Positions 48,804-59,576 of a DNA stretch of 64,000 nucleotides are shown here, piece after piece; positions within the stretch are counted from its first letter, which is position 1; each line of letters starts with the position of its first letter. Below the pieces are notes generated by a model, which saw only the letters and a list, made by a program, of their open reading frames with translations, searched no databases and was not told the origin of the DNA. The DNA comes from Alphaproteobacteria bacterium. Lineage in GTDB: Bacteria; Pseudomonadota; Alphaproteobacteria; UBA828. Where the stretch lies: the NCBI GenBank assembly GCA_965221125.1, contig CBDCRW010000003.1, positions 1 to 64,000 of the forward strand, read 5' to 3'. Both the position numbers and the translations under genes were made by a program.

Positions 48804-48832
48804 GACTTAGTGAAGCGCCGGTGCCGCGTCAA
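48804..48832 (-). promoter_or_regulatory. Putative sigma70 promoter of tRNA-His
   Basis: TTGACG-N17-TAAGTC just upstream of the tRNA. Confidence 0.45.
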
Positions 48833-48878
48833 GCGGAGGCCCGTCTTGCGGACGAGTTCAGCGAACCAGTGGTGGGGC

Positions 48879-50588
48879 ATGCGGGCGAGACTCGCCGCGC
48901 TGCTTCTTGTCGCGCCGGCCATCGTGGGGATGCCGGTGGAGGCTGGCGGAGCCGACGCGCCGGTGCTTGCTGAGCACGCGATGATCGCTGCGGCGCACCC
49001 TGCAGCGGCCGAAGCCGGCGCCCGCATCCTCGCGGAGGGCGGCGGTGCCATCGACGCGGCGATCGCGGCGCAGATGGTGCTGGGTCTGGTCGAGCCCCAG
49101 TCGTCGGGCATCGGCGGCGGCGGGTTCCTGCTCTACCACGACGCCGAGCGGGAGCGCGTGGAAAGCTACGACGGGAGGGAGACCGCACCGGCTGCCGTCG
49201 ACGAACGCCTGTTCATGGCCGGGGACGGCATGCCGAAGGCATGGCCGGAAGCTGCCGTCGGCGGATTGCCGGTGGGCGTGCCGGGCGTCGTCCGTATGCT
49301 CGAACGCGCGCACCGCGCCCATGGCCGCATGCCCTGGGCGCGACTCTTCGAGCCCGCAGCGGCTCTCGCCGAACAGGGCTTCACCATTTCGCCGCGGCTC
49401 GCCTCGATGATCGAGCGCAATCCCGATCTGGCGCGCTTCCCCGCCGCCCGACGCTATTTCTTTCACCCGGACGGCGTGCCGAAACGCGCTGGCGAGACAC
49501 TGGTCAATCCGACCTATGCCGGGACGATGAGGGCGGTTGCCCGCGAGGGCGCGGACGCTCTCCACGAAGGACCCATCGCGGCCCAAATCGTCGCAGCCGT
49601 GCGTGGCGATTCGCTCAATCCGGGGTTCCTCGCCCTCGCCGATCTCGCCGGCTACCGCGCCCGCGAGCGGCCGCCGGTGTGCCTCGACTATCGGCGACAC
49701 AGGGTATGCAGCATGGGGCCGCCGAGCTCCGGCGGGGTGACGATGCTGCAGATCCTGGGCTTGCTGCGGCGTTTCGACCTCGCCTCTCTTGCGCCCGGCT
49801 CCACGAGAGCGGTCCACCTCGTCAGCGAGACGAGCCGCCTCGCCTTCGCCGACCGCAACCGCTATCTGGCCGACTCGGACTTCGTGACGGTTCCGGTCGA
49901 AGGGCTGCTGGATCCCGCATACCTGCGGCGGCGCTCTCTCCTGATCGATCCCGGCCGCACCATGGGCAGGGCGGAGCCGGGCGTTCCGCCGGGCTCCGAA
50001 GACGTCGAGCGTGCCGATGCCGCATCGCCGGAACTTGCCTCCACGAGTCATCTCTCGGTCGTCGATTCGCGCGGCAACGCCGTCTCGTTCACCACCAGCG
50101 TCGAGCGCGCCTTCGGCTCCCGACTCATGGCCGCTGGCTTCATCCTGAACAGCCAGCTCACCGATTTTTCCTTCGCGTCCACGGACGCACACGGCCCCGT
50201 CGCCAACCGGGTGCAGCCGGGCAAGCGGCCGCGTTCATCGATGACGCCGACGTTGATATTCGATGAGAACGGCGAACTGGTCGCGGCCCTCGGTTCGCCC
50301 GGCGGACCGCGCATCATCGGCTTCGTCGCGCAGTCGGTCATCGCTCTCCTGGATTGGGGCCTCGACGCACAGGCCGCGCTCGGCCTGCCACGGCACGTCA
50401 ATCGGAACGGCGCGACCGAGCTGGAGGCGGGCACCGCGCTCGAGCAGCTCGCGCCTGCGCTGGAGGCACTCGGGCACGAGGTGCGTATCCGGCCGCTGGT
50501 GAGCGGCCTGCACGCCGTCCGCCGGGTCGAGGGCGGGCTGGAAGGCGGCGCCGACCCCCGCCGTGAGGGGATCGCGCTCGGGCATTGA
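48879..50588 (+). CDS. ggt: Gamma-glutamyltransferase
   Basis: Signal peptide, EPQSSGIGGGGF, DGRETAP, STSHLSVVD nucleophile, PGKRPRSSM. Confidence 0.95.
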   Translation: MRARLAALLLVAPAIVGMPVEAGGADAPVLAEHAMIAAAHPAAAEAGARILAEGGGAIDAAIAAQMVLGLVEPQSSGIGGGGFLLYHDAERERVESYDGRETAPAAVDERLFMAGDGMPKAWPEAAVGGLPVGVPGVVRMLERAHRAHGRMPWARLFEPAAALAEQGFTISPRLASMIERNPDLARFPAARRYFFHPDGVPKRAGETLVNPTYAGTMRAVAREGADALHEGPIAAQIVAAVRGDSLNPGFLALADLAGYRARERPPVCLDYRRHRVCSMGPPSSGGVTMLQILGLLRRFDLASLAPGSTRAVHLVSETSRLAFADRNRYLADSDFVTVPVEGLLDPAYLRRRSLLIDPGRTMGRAEPGVPPGSEDVERADAASPELASTSHLSVVDSRGNAVSFTTSVERAFGSRLMAAGFILNSQLTDFSFASTDAHGPVANRVQPGKRPRSSMTPTLIFDENGELVAALGSPGGPRIIGFVAQSVIALLDWGLDAQAALGLPRHVNRNGATELEAGTALEQLAPALEALGHEVRIRPLVSGLHAVRRVEGGLEGGADPRREGIALGH

Positions 50589-50614
50589 TCGGGGACGCGC
50601 GTTCCCCGATCCGC

Positions 50615-52057
50615 TTACCGTTCGCGCTCTTCCGAACCGCCGTGATCGGGAAAGTCCGGCACGCGCAGCCTGAAGACCGTGCCCGAGGAATCCGAGCGTT
50701 CCAGGTGAATGTCACCGCCGAGGTTGCGCATGAGGTCACGGGCGATGGCGAGGCCGAGGCCCGTGCCGTCGCTGCGTCCGCCGTCCGCAAAGGCTTCGAA
50801 CAGGTGATCGCGCACCGAGGCCGGAATGCCGGAGCCGGTATCGGCGATCTCGACCACCGTGTCGCCCGTATCGCGCCAGGCGCTCACGCGCACCGTCCCG
50901 CCGCCGACATGGCAGGCAAGCGCCTGCACCGCGTTCTGCGCCAGATTGATGATGACCCTGTAGAGCTGGTCTCGGTCGGCAGCGACCTCGAGGTCCTGCG
51001 GCACGTCGTTGCGCCAGACCACCGAGTCGTCGTCGACGTGAAGCGCCGCCCGGACTTCGTCCACCAATGGCGCGAGCGCGAAGGACGTCTGTCGCGGCGA
51101 CGGCAGGCGCCCGGTCGCAAAGCTCAGCGTGTGGGTGCACAAGGCGATGGCCCGGTCGATCGCCGCGACGAGAGGATGCGCGAGCCTTTGCACCTCCGGA
51201 TCGCGCGCCGTCGCCAGGCGGTCGGTCAGCACGGCCGCCGTCGTCAGCATGTTGCGGAGATCGTGGTTGATCTTCGCAACGCCGGACCCCACTGCGGCGA
51301 GCCGCTCCCGCTGGCGAAGCGCCGCGCGGACGCGCCGCTGCATTACCTGAAGCTCGCGTTGCGCGAGCCCGATCTCGTCGCGCCTGCCGCTGACCCTGAC
51401 GGTCGCGGACGCATCCTCCGGCGCGCGGCGGAACGAGACCAGGCTGTCGGTCATGCGGCCGAGCGGCAGAACCATGAGCCAGTGCAGCGAGATGTAGACG
51501 AGGCCCGCGACGACAAAGGCGAGGATGATGGAGAGCACCAGGATCCGCCCGGAATAGTCGAGCATCGACGCGAACATCGGAGCCTCCGGCAGCACGATGT
51601 CGACCAGGGTGTCGTCGGGGTCGCCGCGTGCGATGCCCATCACGCGAATCGTCCGATCGCCGCCGTGGCGCAGCGCATCGGCGGCCTCCCCGATCAGGCC
51701 CATCGCCGTCTCTTCGCGCAGGTCGAAGCTCGCGTCGACGGTGATCGGCATGTCGTCCCCCAGCACCAGCCGGCGCGTGCCGGCCCGCTTGAGAGAGACC
51801 GCCCTCACCCCGGCGCGCTCCAGAAGGGCGGCGCGGAGCTCCTCGGTCACCATGCCGTCCGGCGATGCCTCGACCGCCAGCGCCGCGATCCGCGCGGCGT
51901 CGATCCGTTCTTCGAGATAGACCAGGCGGTGACGCGCTATGGACGGGACATAGATGAAGATTTCGCCCAGGAGGACGAAGAACACCGTGAGCACCAGAAG
52001 CCGCGCCGAGAGGCCGCTGACTGCCCGCGACAAGACCGAGAACTTTAAACCAGCCAC
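50615..52057 (-). CDS. Membrane sensor histidine kinase (HAMP-HisKA-HATPase)
   Basis: Two TM segments, KINHDLRN H-box, NLAQNA, DTGSGI, GTGLGLAI. Confidence 0.92.
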   Translation of the reverse strand: MAGLKFSVLSRAVSGLSARLLVLTVFFVLLGEIFIYVPSIARHRLVYLEERIDAARIAALAVEASPDGMVTEELRAALLERAGVRAVSLKRAGTRRLVLGDDMPITVDASFDLREETAMGLIGEAADALRHGGDRTIRVMGIARGDPDDTLVDIVLPEAPMFASMLDYSGRILVLSIILAFVVAGLVYISLHWLMVLPLGRMTDSLVSFRRAPEDASATVRVSGRRDEIGLAQRELQVMQRRVRAALRQRERLAAVGSGVAKINHDLRNMLTTAAVLTDRLATARDPEVQRLAHPLVAAIDRAIALCTHTLSFATGRLPSPRQTSFALAPLVDEVRAALHVDDDSVVWRNDVPQDLEVAADRDQLYRVIINLAQNAVQALACHVGGGTVRVSAWRDTGDTVVEIADTGSGIPASVRDHLFEAFADGGRSDGTGLGLAIARDLMRNLGGDIHLERSDSSGTVFRLRVPDFPDHGGSEERER

Positions 52058-52140
52058 GGTGATTCGAAGGAATCGCCTGTTGCTTTGCCTGCTCGACTAT
52101 AAGGCGGGCGCCGGATTGGCGCCACGCTCACCGCATGCGA

Positions 52141-53550
52141 TCAGCCAAGGCGGGCGAGCAGACGCACCAGCCGCTTGGTGCGCGCGCTGAAGAGCATCGG
52201 TGCGTGGAAGCTGCCGGCGGCGCGAGCGCTGACCTCGCTGAAGGTCGGGTACGGCACGATCGCCTGGGACAGCTTGCCGACTCCGAGCTTGTATTTCACT
52301 GCCAGGACCCACGGGAGAATCAGCTCGCCGGCATGGGCGCCGACGATGGAGGCGCCGAGCACCCTGCCCCGCTTCGTCGCCACGACCTTGATCAGCCCGT
52401 TCGTGGCGTCCTCGGCAATGGCGCGGTCGTTCTCTTCGAACGGGAAGCGCAGCACGCGCACCTCGTCGCCCCTGGCGCGGGCCTCCGCCTCGCTCAGGCC
52501 GACGTGGGCGAGTTCCGGATCGGTGTACGTGACCCACGGCACCGCGTCGTAGCGTGCCCGCGCCGGCAGCCGGAACAGCGCGTTGGTGATCACGATCCGC
52601 GCCTGATAGCTGGCCGTGTGGGTGAAGCGGTAGGGCCCGACGACATCGCCGATGGCGAATATCCGCTTGTTGGTCGTGCGCAGGCGCGCGTCCACCAGCG
52701 GCACGCCGTCGTTGAGCGCGACGCCGGCGTCCTCCAGCCCGAGACCGTCGATCTTCGGCCGCCGCCCTGCCGCGACCAGCAGATGAGAGCCGGAGAGGTG
52801 CAGGTTCGCCTCGCCCGATCCGCTGGTCAGCGCAACGCCGCCGTCACCCGTCTCCGCGACCGCCGTGACCGGCGTGTCCTCGTGGATCGTCACGCCGTCC
52901 TCGATCAGCTGCGCGCGCACGAAGGCCGCCATCTCGGGATCGTCGCGACCGAGGACCCGCCCTTTTTCGATCAGCGTGACCTCGGCGCCGAGCCGGCGAT
53001 AGGCCTGGGACATCTCGACGCCCACCGGGCCGCCGCCCAGCACCAGCAGATGGCTCGGCTCGGGCGCCGAATCGAACAGGGTCTCGTTGGTGAGGTAGGG
53101 CACCGTTTCGAGACCCGGAACGGCGGGGACGACCGGCGCGGAGCCGGTGGCGACGACGAAGCGCCGCGCCGTCACGCTGGTATCGCCCACCTCCAGGAAG
53201 CGCGGCGCGACGAAACGGGCCTTGCCGAGCACCACGTGGACGCCGAGACCGCGGAAGCGCTCAACCGAGTCGTGCGGCTCGATGGCCGCAATCGCGCCGC
53301 GCATGTGATCGTAGGCCGCGGCGAAATCGTCGCCTCGCGCGGCGGCGGCCAGCAGAGCCTTGGAGGGGACGCAGCCGGTGTTGAGGCACTCGCCGCCCAT
53401 CCGGGACTGCTCGATCAGGATCACCGAAGCACCCATCTGCACGGCGCCGGCAGCAATCGAAAGTCCGCCCGAGCCCGCCCCGATCACACAGAGATCCGCC
53501 CGGATCCTGTCGCTGATGGTCCTCGACCGATCTACGCCCGCCGCTCCCAT
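52141..53550 (-). CDS. Pyridine nucleotide-disulfide oxidoreductase (lipoamide dehydrogenase/MerA-like)
   Basis: IGAGSGG, GGECLNTGCVPSK, GGGPVGVE, YTDPELA. Confidence 0.9.
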   Translation of the reverse strand: MGAAGVDRSRTISDRIRADLCVIGAGSGGLSIAAGAVQMGASVILIEQSRMGGECLNTGCVPSKALLAAAARGDDFAAAYDHMRGAIAAIEPHDSVERFRGLGVHVVLGKARFVAPRFLEVGDTSVTARRFVVATGSAPVVPAVPGLETVPYLTNETLFDSAPEPSHLLVLGGGPVGVEMSQAYRRLGAEVTLIEKGRVLGRDDPEMAAFVRAQLIEDGVTIHEDTPVTAVAETGDGGVALTSGSGEANLHLSGSHLLVAAGRRPKIDGLGLEDAGVALNDGVPLVDARLRTTNKRIFAIGDVVGPYRFTHTASYQARIVITNALFRLPARARYDAVPWVTYTDPELAHVGLSEAEARARGDEVRVLRFPFEENDRAIAEDATNGLIKVVATKRGRVLGASIVGAHAGELILPWVLAVKYKLGVGKLSQAIVPYPTFSEVSARAAGSFHAPMLFSARTKRLVRLLARLG

Positions 53551-53981
53551 GCTCCGCCCTGCGTCTGCTCCCAATAGGTGACGGTGTCGCCGCGATCCTT
53601 GTGCGCCCGCCATCTGCCGCGTGCAGCCTCCAGCGTCGCGGGATCGCTCCCGTCGAACATGTCGAGGCAGCGTTCGAATCGATTGAGTTCTGCGGGTGCA
53701 ATGCCGTCGACCATGACGGCAATCTCGGCGCCGTTGGGATTGGTGTCGTCGGTTGCGAGGAAGATCGGCTGGCGCTCAGGACTGCCGTCCCGCGCCGTGC
53801 CGTGGGGCAGGAAGGAGCCCTGCTCGTAGGTCCACAACGCCGCGTTCAGCGCCTCGGCGCGCTCCTCCGACGCGGCGAGCACCACCGCGCGGCGGCCGCT
53901 CTCCAGGACCTTTTCCAACAGTTTAGGGAGCGCTTTCTCCAGCGGCGTGCGGCGAAGCTGGTAGAAGGCGATCTCGACCAT
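53532..53981 (-). CDS. holC: DNA polymerase III subunit chi
   Basis: FYQL, LWTYEQGSFLPHG, ARGRW; directly downstream of pepA. Confidence 0.93.
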   Translation of the reverse strand: MVEIAFYQLRRTPLEKALPKLLEKVLESGRRAVVLAASEERAEALNAALWTYEQGSFLPHGTARDGSPERQPIFLATDDTNPNGAEIAVMVDGIAPAELNRFERCLDMFDGSDPATLEAARGRWRAHKDRGDTVTYWEQTQGGAWERRA

Positions 53982-53990
53982 TGCCGGGCT

Positions 53991-55493
53991 TCAGGCCTCG
54001 TAGTGCGAGCGCACCAGTTGATCGAGAAGCCGGACGCCGTAGCCCGACGCGCCCTTCGGCACGGTCGGGTCGTCTCCCCGCTTCATCCAGGCCATGCCCG
54101 CGATGTCGAGATGCGCCCACGGCACGTCGTTGACGAAGCGTTGCAGGAACTGGGCGGCCGTCACGCTGCCGGCCTCGCGCCCCTTGCCGACATTCTTCAT
54201 GTCCGCGATGGCCGAGTTGATGTCCTTGTCGTAGCGCTCGCTGAGCGGCAGGCGCCAGACCTCCTCGCCGCTCTCCTTGCCCGCCGCGATCAGCCGCTCC
54301 GAGAGCTCGTCGTCGTTGCTGAAGAGGCCGGCCTGGAAGGTGCCGAGGCTGATGATGATGGCGCCTGTGAGCGTCGCCAGATCGACCATGAACTGGGGCT
54401 TGAACGTCTCCTGCGTGTACCAGAGCGCATCGGCGAGCACGAGGCGGCCCTCGGCGTCGGTGTTGATGACCTCGATGGTCTGGCCCGACATGGAGGTGAC
54501 GACGTCGCCGGGGCGCTGCGCCTTGCCGTCGGGCATGTTCTCGACCAGTCCCACGACGCCGACCGCGTTCACCCGCGCCTTGCGGCCGGCCAGGCACTTC
54601 ATCAGGCCGATCACGGTCGCAGCGCCGGCCATGTCGTACTTCATCTCCTCCATGCCCTGGCTCGGCTTGATGGAGATGCCGCCGGTATCGAAGGTCACGC
54701 CCTTGCCGACGAAGGCGACGGGCTGCGCGTCCAGCCCTTCCGGCGCGCCGTTCCAGCGCATGATCGCGAGATAGGGCTCGTGCTCGCTGCCCTGGGCGAC
54801 GCCGAGCAGCGAGCCCATGCCGAGCGAGGCCATCCTCTCGCGGTCGAAGAGCTCGACCTCCACCCCGTCCTCGGCGAGCGCCTCGATGTCCTGGGTGATG
54901 GTCTTCGGATACTTCACGTTGCTCGGCTCGGAGACCAGATCGCGCGTGACGAAGACGCCCGTGGCGAGACTGTCGTTGGGCTTGAAGGCCGCTTCCGCCG
55001 CCGCCGGCTCGTCGAGCATCACGGTCAGCTGGCCGAGCGTCTTCTTGTCCTCGTCCTTCTTCTTGGTGTGGTACTTGTCGAAGCTGTAGCTGCCGAGGCG
55101 CGCGCCGAGCGCGATTTCGGCAGCCATCGCCTTCGGCGCCAGCTCCGCGCCGTCGACCGCGTCGACGACGAGCGCCGCCGTCTTTGCGCCGGTGGCGTTC
55201 ACCTTGCGAACGACCGAGCCCCCGAGCGCCCGCAGCTGGCGGCCGTCGATCTTGGCGGGCTGACCGAGCCCGACCAGGATCACGGCGTCGACGTCGAGCC
55301 CGTGCGGCGCGACGATCGTCGACGACGTCCCCTTCTTGCCGCTGAAGCGGCCGCTGCCGAGCGCACGGCTCAGCACGCCGCCGCTCTGCTCGTCCAGCGC
55401 GCGCGCGGTCATGCCCAGGGTGCGATCGTCCGTCACGCCGACGGCGATGACGCCCGTGGACGGTGTCGAAATCTCGGAAAATGCAATCTTCAT
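53991..55493 (-). CDS. pepA: Leucyl aminopeptidase
   Basis: VGKGVTFDTGGISIK, MKYDMAG, NTDAEGRL, WAHLDIAG. Confidence 0.97.
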   Translation of the reverse strand: MKIAFSEISTPSTGVIAVGVTDDRTLGMTARALDEQSGGVLSRALGSGRFSGKKGTSSTIVAPHGLDVDAVILVGLGQPAKIDGRQLRALGGSVVRKVNATGAKTAALVVDAVDGAELAPKAMAAEIALGARLGSYSFDKYHTKKKDEDKKTLGQLTVMLDEPAAAEAAFKPNDSLATGVFVTRDLVSEPSNVKYPKTITQDIEALAEDGVEVELFDRERMASLGMGSLLGVAQGSEHEPYLAIMRWNGAPEGLDAQPVAFVGKGVTFDTGGISIKPSQGMEEMKYDMAGAATVIGLMKCLAGRKARVNAVGVVGLVENMPDGKAQRPGDVVTSMSGQTIEVINTDAEGRLVLADALWYTQETFKPQFMVDLATLTGAIIISLGTFQAGLFSNDDELSERLIAAGKESGEEVWRLPLSERYDKDINSAIADMKNVGKGREAGSVTAAQFLQRFVNDVPWAHLDIAGMAWMKRGDDPTVPKGASGYGVRLLDQLVRSHYEA

Positions 55494-55593
55494 TGGGTCA
55501 TCCATCCTGACGATGCCTGCACGGGCCACACGGTCTGCGAGAGCACCGTATAGCTAACGTGGTGCTTCGGGTGAAGGGAGGCAAGGCGTGGGG

Positions 55594-57201
<1,608 letters not shown>

Positions 57202-57247
57202 CGGCTGCTCTCGGGCAGGGAGACCGGGCCTATCGCCCCGCTGCTCG

Positions 57248-57510
57248 CCCGCATTTCTCACCGTGGTCACGGTCTGCGCGGCGCTGTCCGGCTGACAGGC
57301 AAGGAGAGGCGCGCAGCGCGATGTGGGGCATCGGGCAAGCGCATCGACGTAGCATGTCGGCCGGAGAGCGCCGCCCTTCGGGTCGCGCCCAGGCGCCCGC
57401 CCGCGGCGTCGCGGGCCTCAACCGTATTCCCCGATACGCTTTTCGGCCCGCTTCTGGCGGATCGAACGCCTGGGCGCGACGCAGGCCGTGACTACGGTGA
57501 GAAATGCGGG
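57248..57510. mobile_element. 263-bp MITE-like element
   Basis: 31-bp terminal inverted repeats CCCGCATTTCTCACCGT(G/A)GTCACGG(T/C)CTGCG (29/31); flanks CTCG and CTGG; no transposase. Confidence 0.8.
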
Positions 57511-57844
57511 CTGGACCTCCGTCGGCCCGCCACGCGCAGGGTTGAGCGAAAACGCTGCTTGAGATGTTCATGAGTGCCGGTCGAGGCGTATGACGCTGAT
57601 CGTACTCGCTGGTGCCGTGCATAACAGGATTCGCCCTCCCATGACAACGAGATGACTCTCATCGCCGAAAGAGCGCAACTGGACGGGGGATCGGGCTTCG
57701 GCGGCAGGGTGAAATCGCGCGCCCACCGTGCCGCCGCCGCCGCTCGACCCCGGCGGCGGAACTGCCTATCCTCTGCGCGCATCGCGGTCCCGAGACGTCG
57801 GCGAGGCCGCGTACCCGGCAGCAGAATGGCCAGGAGGTCGCACG

Positions 57845-59506
57845 ATGGAGATCGCTTCGGCGGAGCCGCCGGTCTGGAAGTACCAGCGGCAGTTCGATTA
57901 CGGAGAGGGTGTTTCGACGCTCGCGCAGCGCCCCGACCTGATGCACGACACGGCCTTGAAGCGGTTGTCGGACGAGCAGGTGCGGACCTTCATCGCAAAC
58001 GGCCACATCACGCTTCAGCCCGACCTGCCCGCCGCGTTCCACCGCGAGATGTTCGACCGCTTCGTCGGAATCATCGGAGAGGACAACGACCACAACCCCG
58101 GCAACAACCTTCTGCCCCTGGTGCCCGAGCTTCAGCTCGTCTTCGACGATCCCGTCATCAGTGGTGCGCTGACGAGCGTGCTCGGCGAGGACTACATGAT
58201 GCACCCGCACCGGGTGCTGCACGACAACCCGCCCGGCAGCGATCCCCAGCTCTGGCACCACGACAGCTACTGGGGCTACAAGCGCAAGGTGCACAACCAT
58301 CACCCGTGGTGGGTGATGATCATGTACTACCCCCAGGACATCTATGAAGAGATCGGCCCGACCGGGGTTATCCCCGGCAGCCAGTACATCGCGCAGAGGC
58401 TCGAGGACATCGAACAGCTCGGCAGCCACACGCGTGGCACGGGCGGCGCCTGCGTGATGATTCACTACGACATCTGGCACCGGAAGATGAAGAACTTCAC
58501 CAACCTCAAGCGCTTCATGGTGAAGTTCGAGTTCATGCGGATGCGGCGCCCGCAGGGCGTGACCTGGGACAGTGACGACGATGCATGGAGCAACCCGAGC
58601 GAGCTGCCGGGATACCGCATGGAGCCCGCGTGGCGTTCCACCTGGCACTGGCTGGGGGGAAGCCTGCTTCCCTCGCTGCCTCCCGATCCCGCCGTTGCGT
58701 TGGACGAAGCCCTCGCCGCGGCGCGCGACCGCTCAGGCGATGTGGACCATCGCGCGCGCGCCGAAGCGCTTGCCGATATCGCCCGCCTCGGCGCCGACGC
58801 CGCACCGGCGATCCCGGCGCTGGTCGAGCTTCTCGGCGACGACAACGAGGCGGTCGGTCTCAACGCGGCCTACGCTCTGGCCCACGTCGGCGAGGCGGGA
58901 ATCGCTCCCCTCGTCGCGGCCATGCGCGGCAACGACGGCGAGAACGTGGACGACGCGCGCTGCTTCATCGACCAGGGCGAGAAGAGCGAGCTCGAGATGG
59001 TGGCGCGAAACGCCGCCCACGGCCTGGTTGCGGCCGGACTGCCGGCCCTGCCCGCGCTCCTTGATTGCGCGCGCGAGGGCGGGCCGCGGGTGCGCAAGTA
59101 CGCCCTCTTCGCGCTGGGCGAACTCGATACCGACGACGACGCGGCCATCGACGCGCTCGTCGCGGGCTGCCGCGACGAGGATCCCGCGGTGCGCCTGAAC
59201 GCCGTTGAAGGGCTCGGCCTCAAGAAGGGAAGCCCGACCGCCGCCGAGGCCCTGGCCGCCGCCCTCTTCGACGGTGACGACGAGGTCCGCTTCAACGCCT
59301 CGCTCGCCCTCGCCCGCCTCGGCCCGGCCGCCGCTCCCGCGATCGGCGCCCTCGTCGAGGCGCTGCGCGACGGCAACCGCTACACCATGGGCTATGCGGT
59401 CGAGGCGCTGGAGCGCATCGGCACGCCCGAGGCGCACCAGGCCCTGATCCGCTTCCTCAAGATTGCGCGCTGGTGTCCGATCACCACCACCGGCAACCTG
59501 TTCTGA
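57845..59506 (+). CDS. Phytanoyl-CoA dioxygenase-like (Fe/2OG) domain fused to HEAT repeats
   Basis: RBS AGGAGG; WHHDSY HxD motif, GPTGVIPGSQ, YDIWHR distal His; C-terminal repeats such as AIPALVELLGD and VRFNASLALARLG. Confidence 0.85.
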   Translation: MEIASAEPPVWKYQRQFDYGEGVSTLAQRPDLMHDTALKRLSDEQVRTFIANGHITLQPDLPAAFHREMFDRFVGIIGEDNDHNPGNNLLPLVPELQLVFDDPVISGALTSVLGEDYMMHPHRVLHDNPPGSDPQLWHHDSYWGYKRKVHNHHPWWVMIMYYPQDIYEEIGPTGVIPGSQYIAQRLEDIEQLGSHTRGTGGACVMIHYDIWHRKMKNFTNLKRFMVKFEFMRMRRPQGVTWDSDDDAWSNPSELPGYRMEPAWRSTWHWLGGSLLPSLPPDPAVALDEALAAARDRSGDVDHRARAEALADIARLGADAAPAIPALVELLGDDNEAVGLNAAYALAHVGEAGIAPLVAAMRGNDGENVDDARCFIDQGEKSELEMVARNAAHGLVAAGLPALPALLDCAREGGPRVRKYALFALGELDTDDDAAIDALVAGCRDEDPAVRLNAVEGLGLKKGSPTAAEALAAALFDGDDEVRFNASLALARLGPAAAPAIGALVEALRDGNRYTMGYAVEALERIGTPEAHQALIRFLKIARWCPITTTGNLF

Positions 59507-59529
59507 CCCGCCCCCGTTAGCGGGCAAGG

Positions 59530-59559
59530 AAAAAAGGGAGGGGCGTTTGCCCCTCCCTT
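59530..59559 (-). terminator. Rho-independent terminator of the ABC operon
   Basis: AAGGGAGGGGC-GTTT-GCCCCTCCCTT stem with A6 on the plus strand (U tract on minus). Confidence 0.85.
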
Positions 59560-59576
59560 CATGTTGGCAACGGAAA

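Noticed and set aside
50587-50611. 9-bp hairpin between convergent ggt and histidine kinase genes
   Set aside because: No U tract on either strand; could be a terminator but support is weak.
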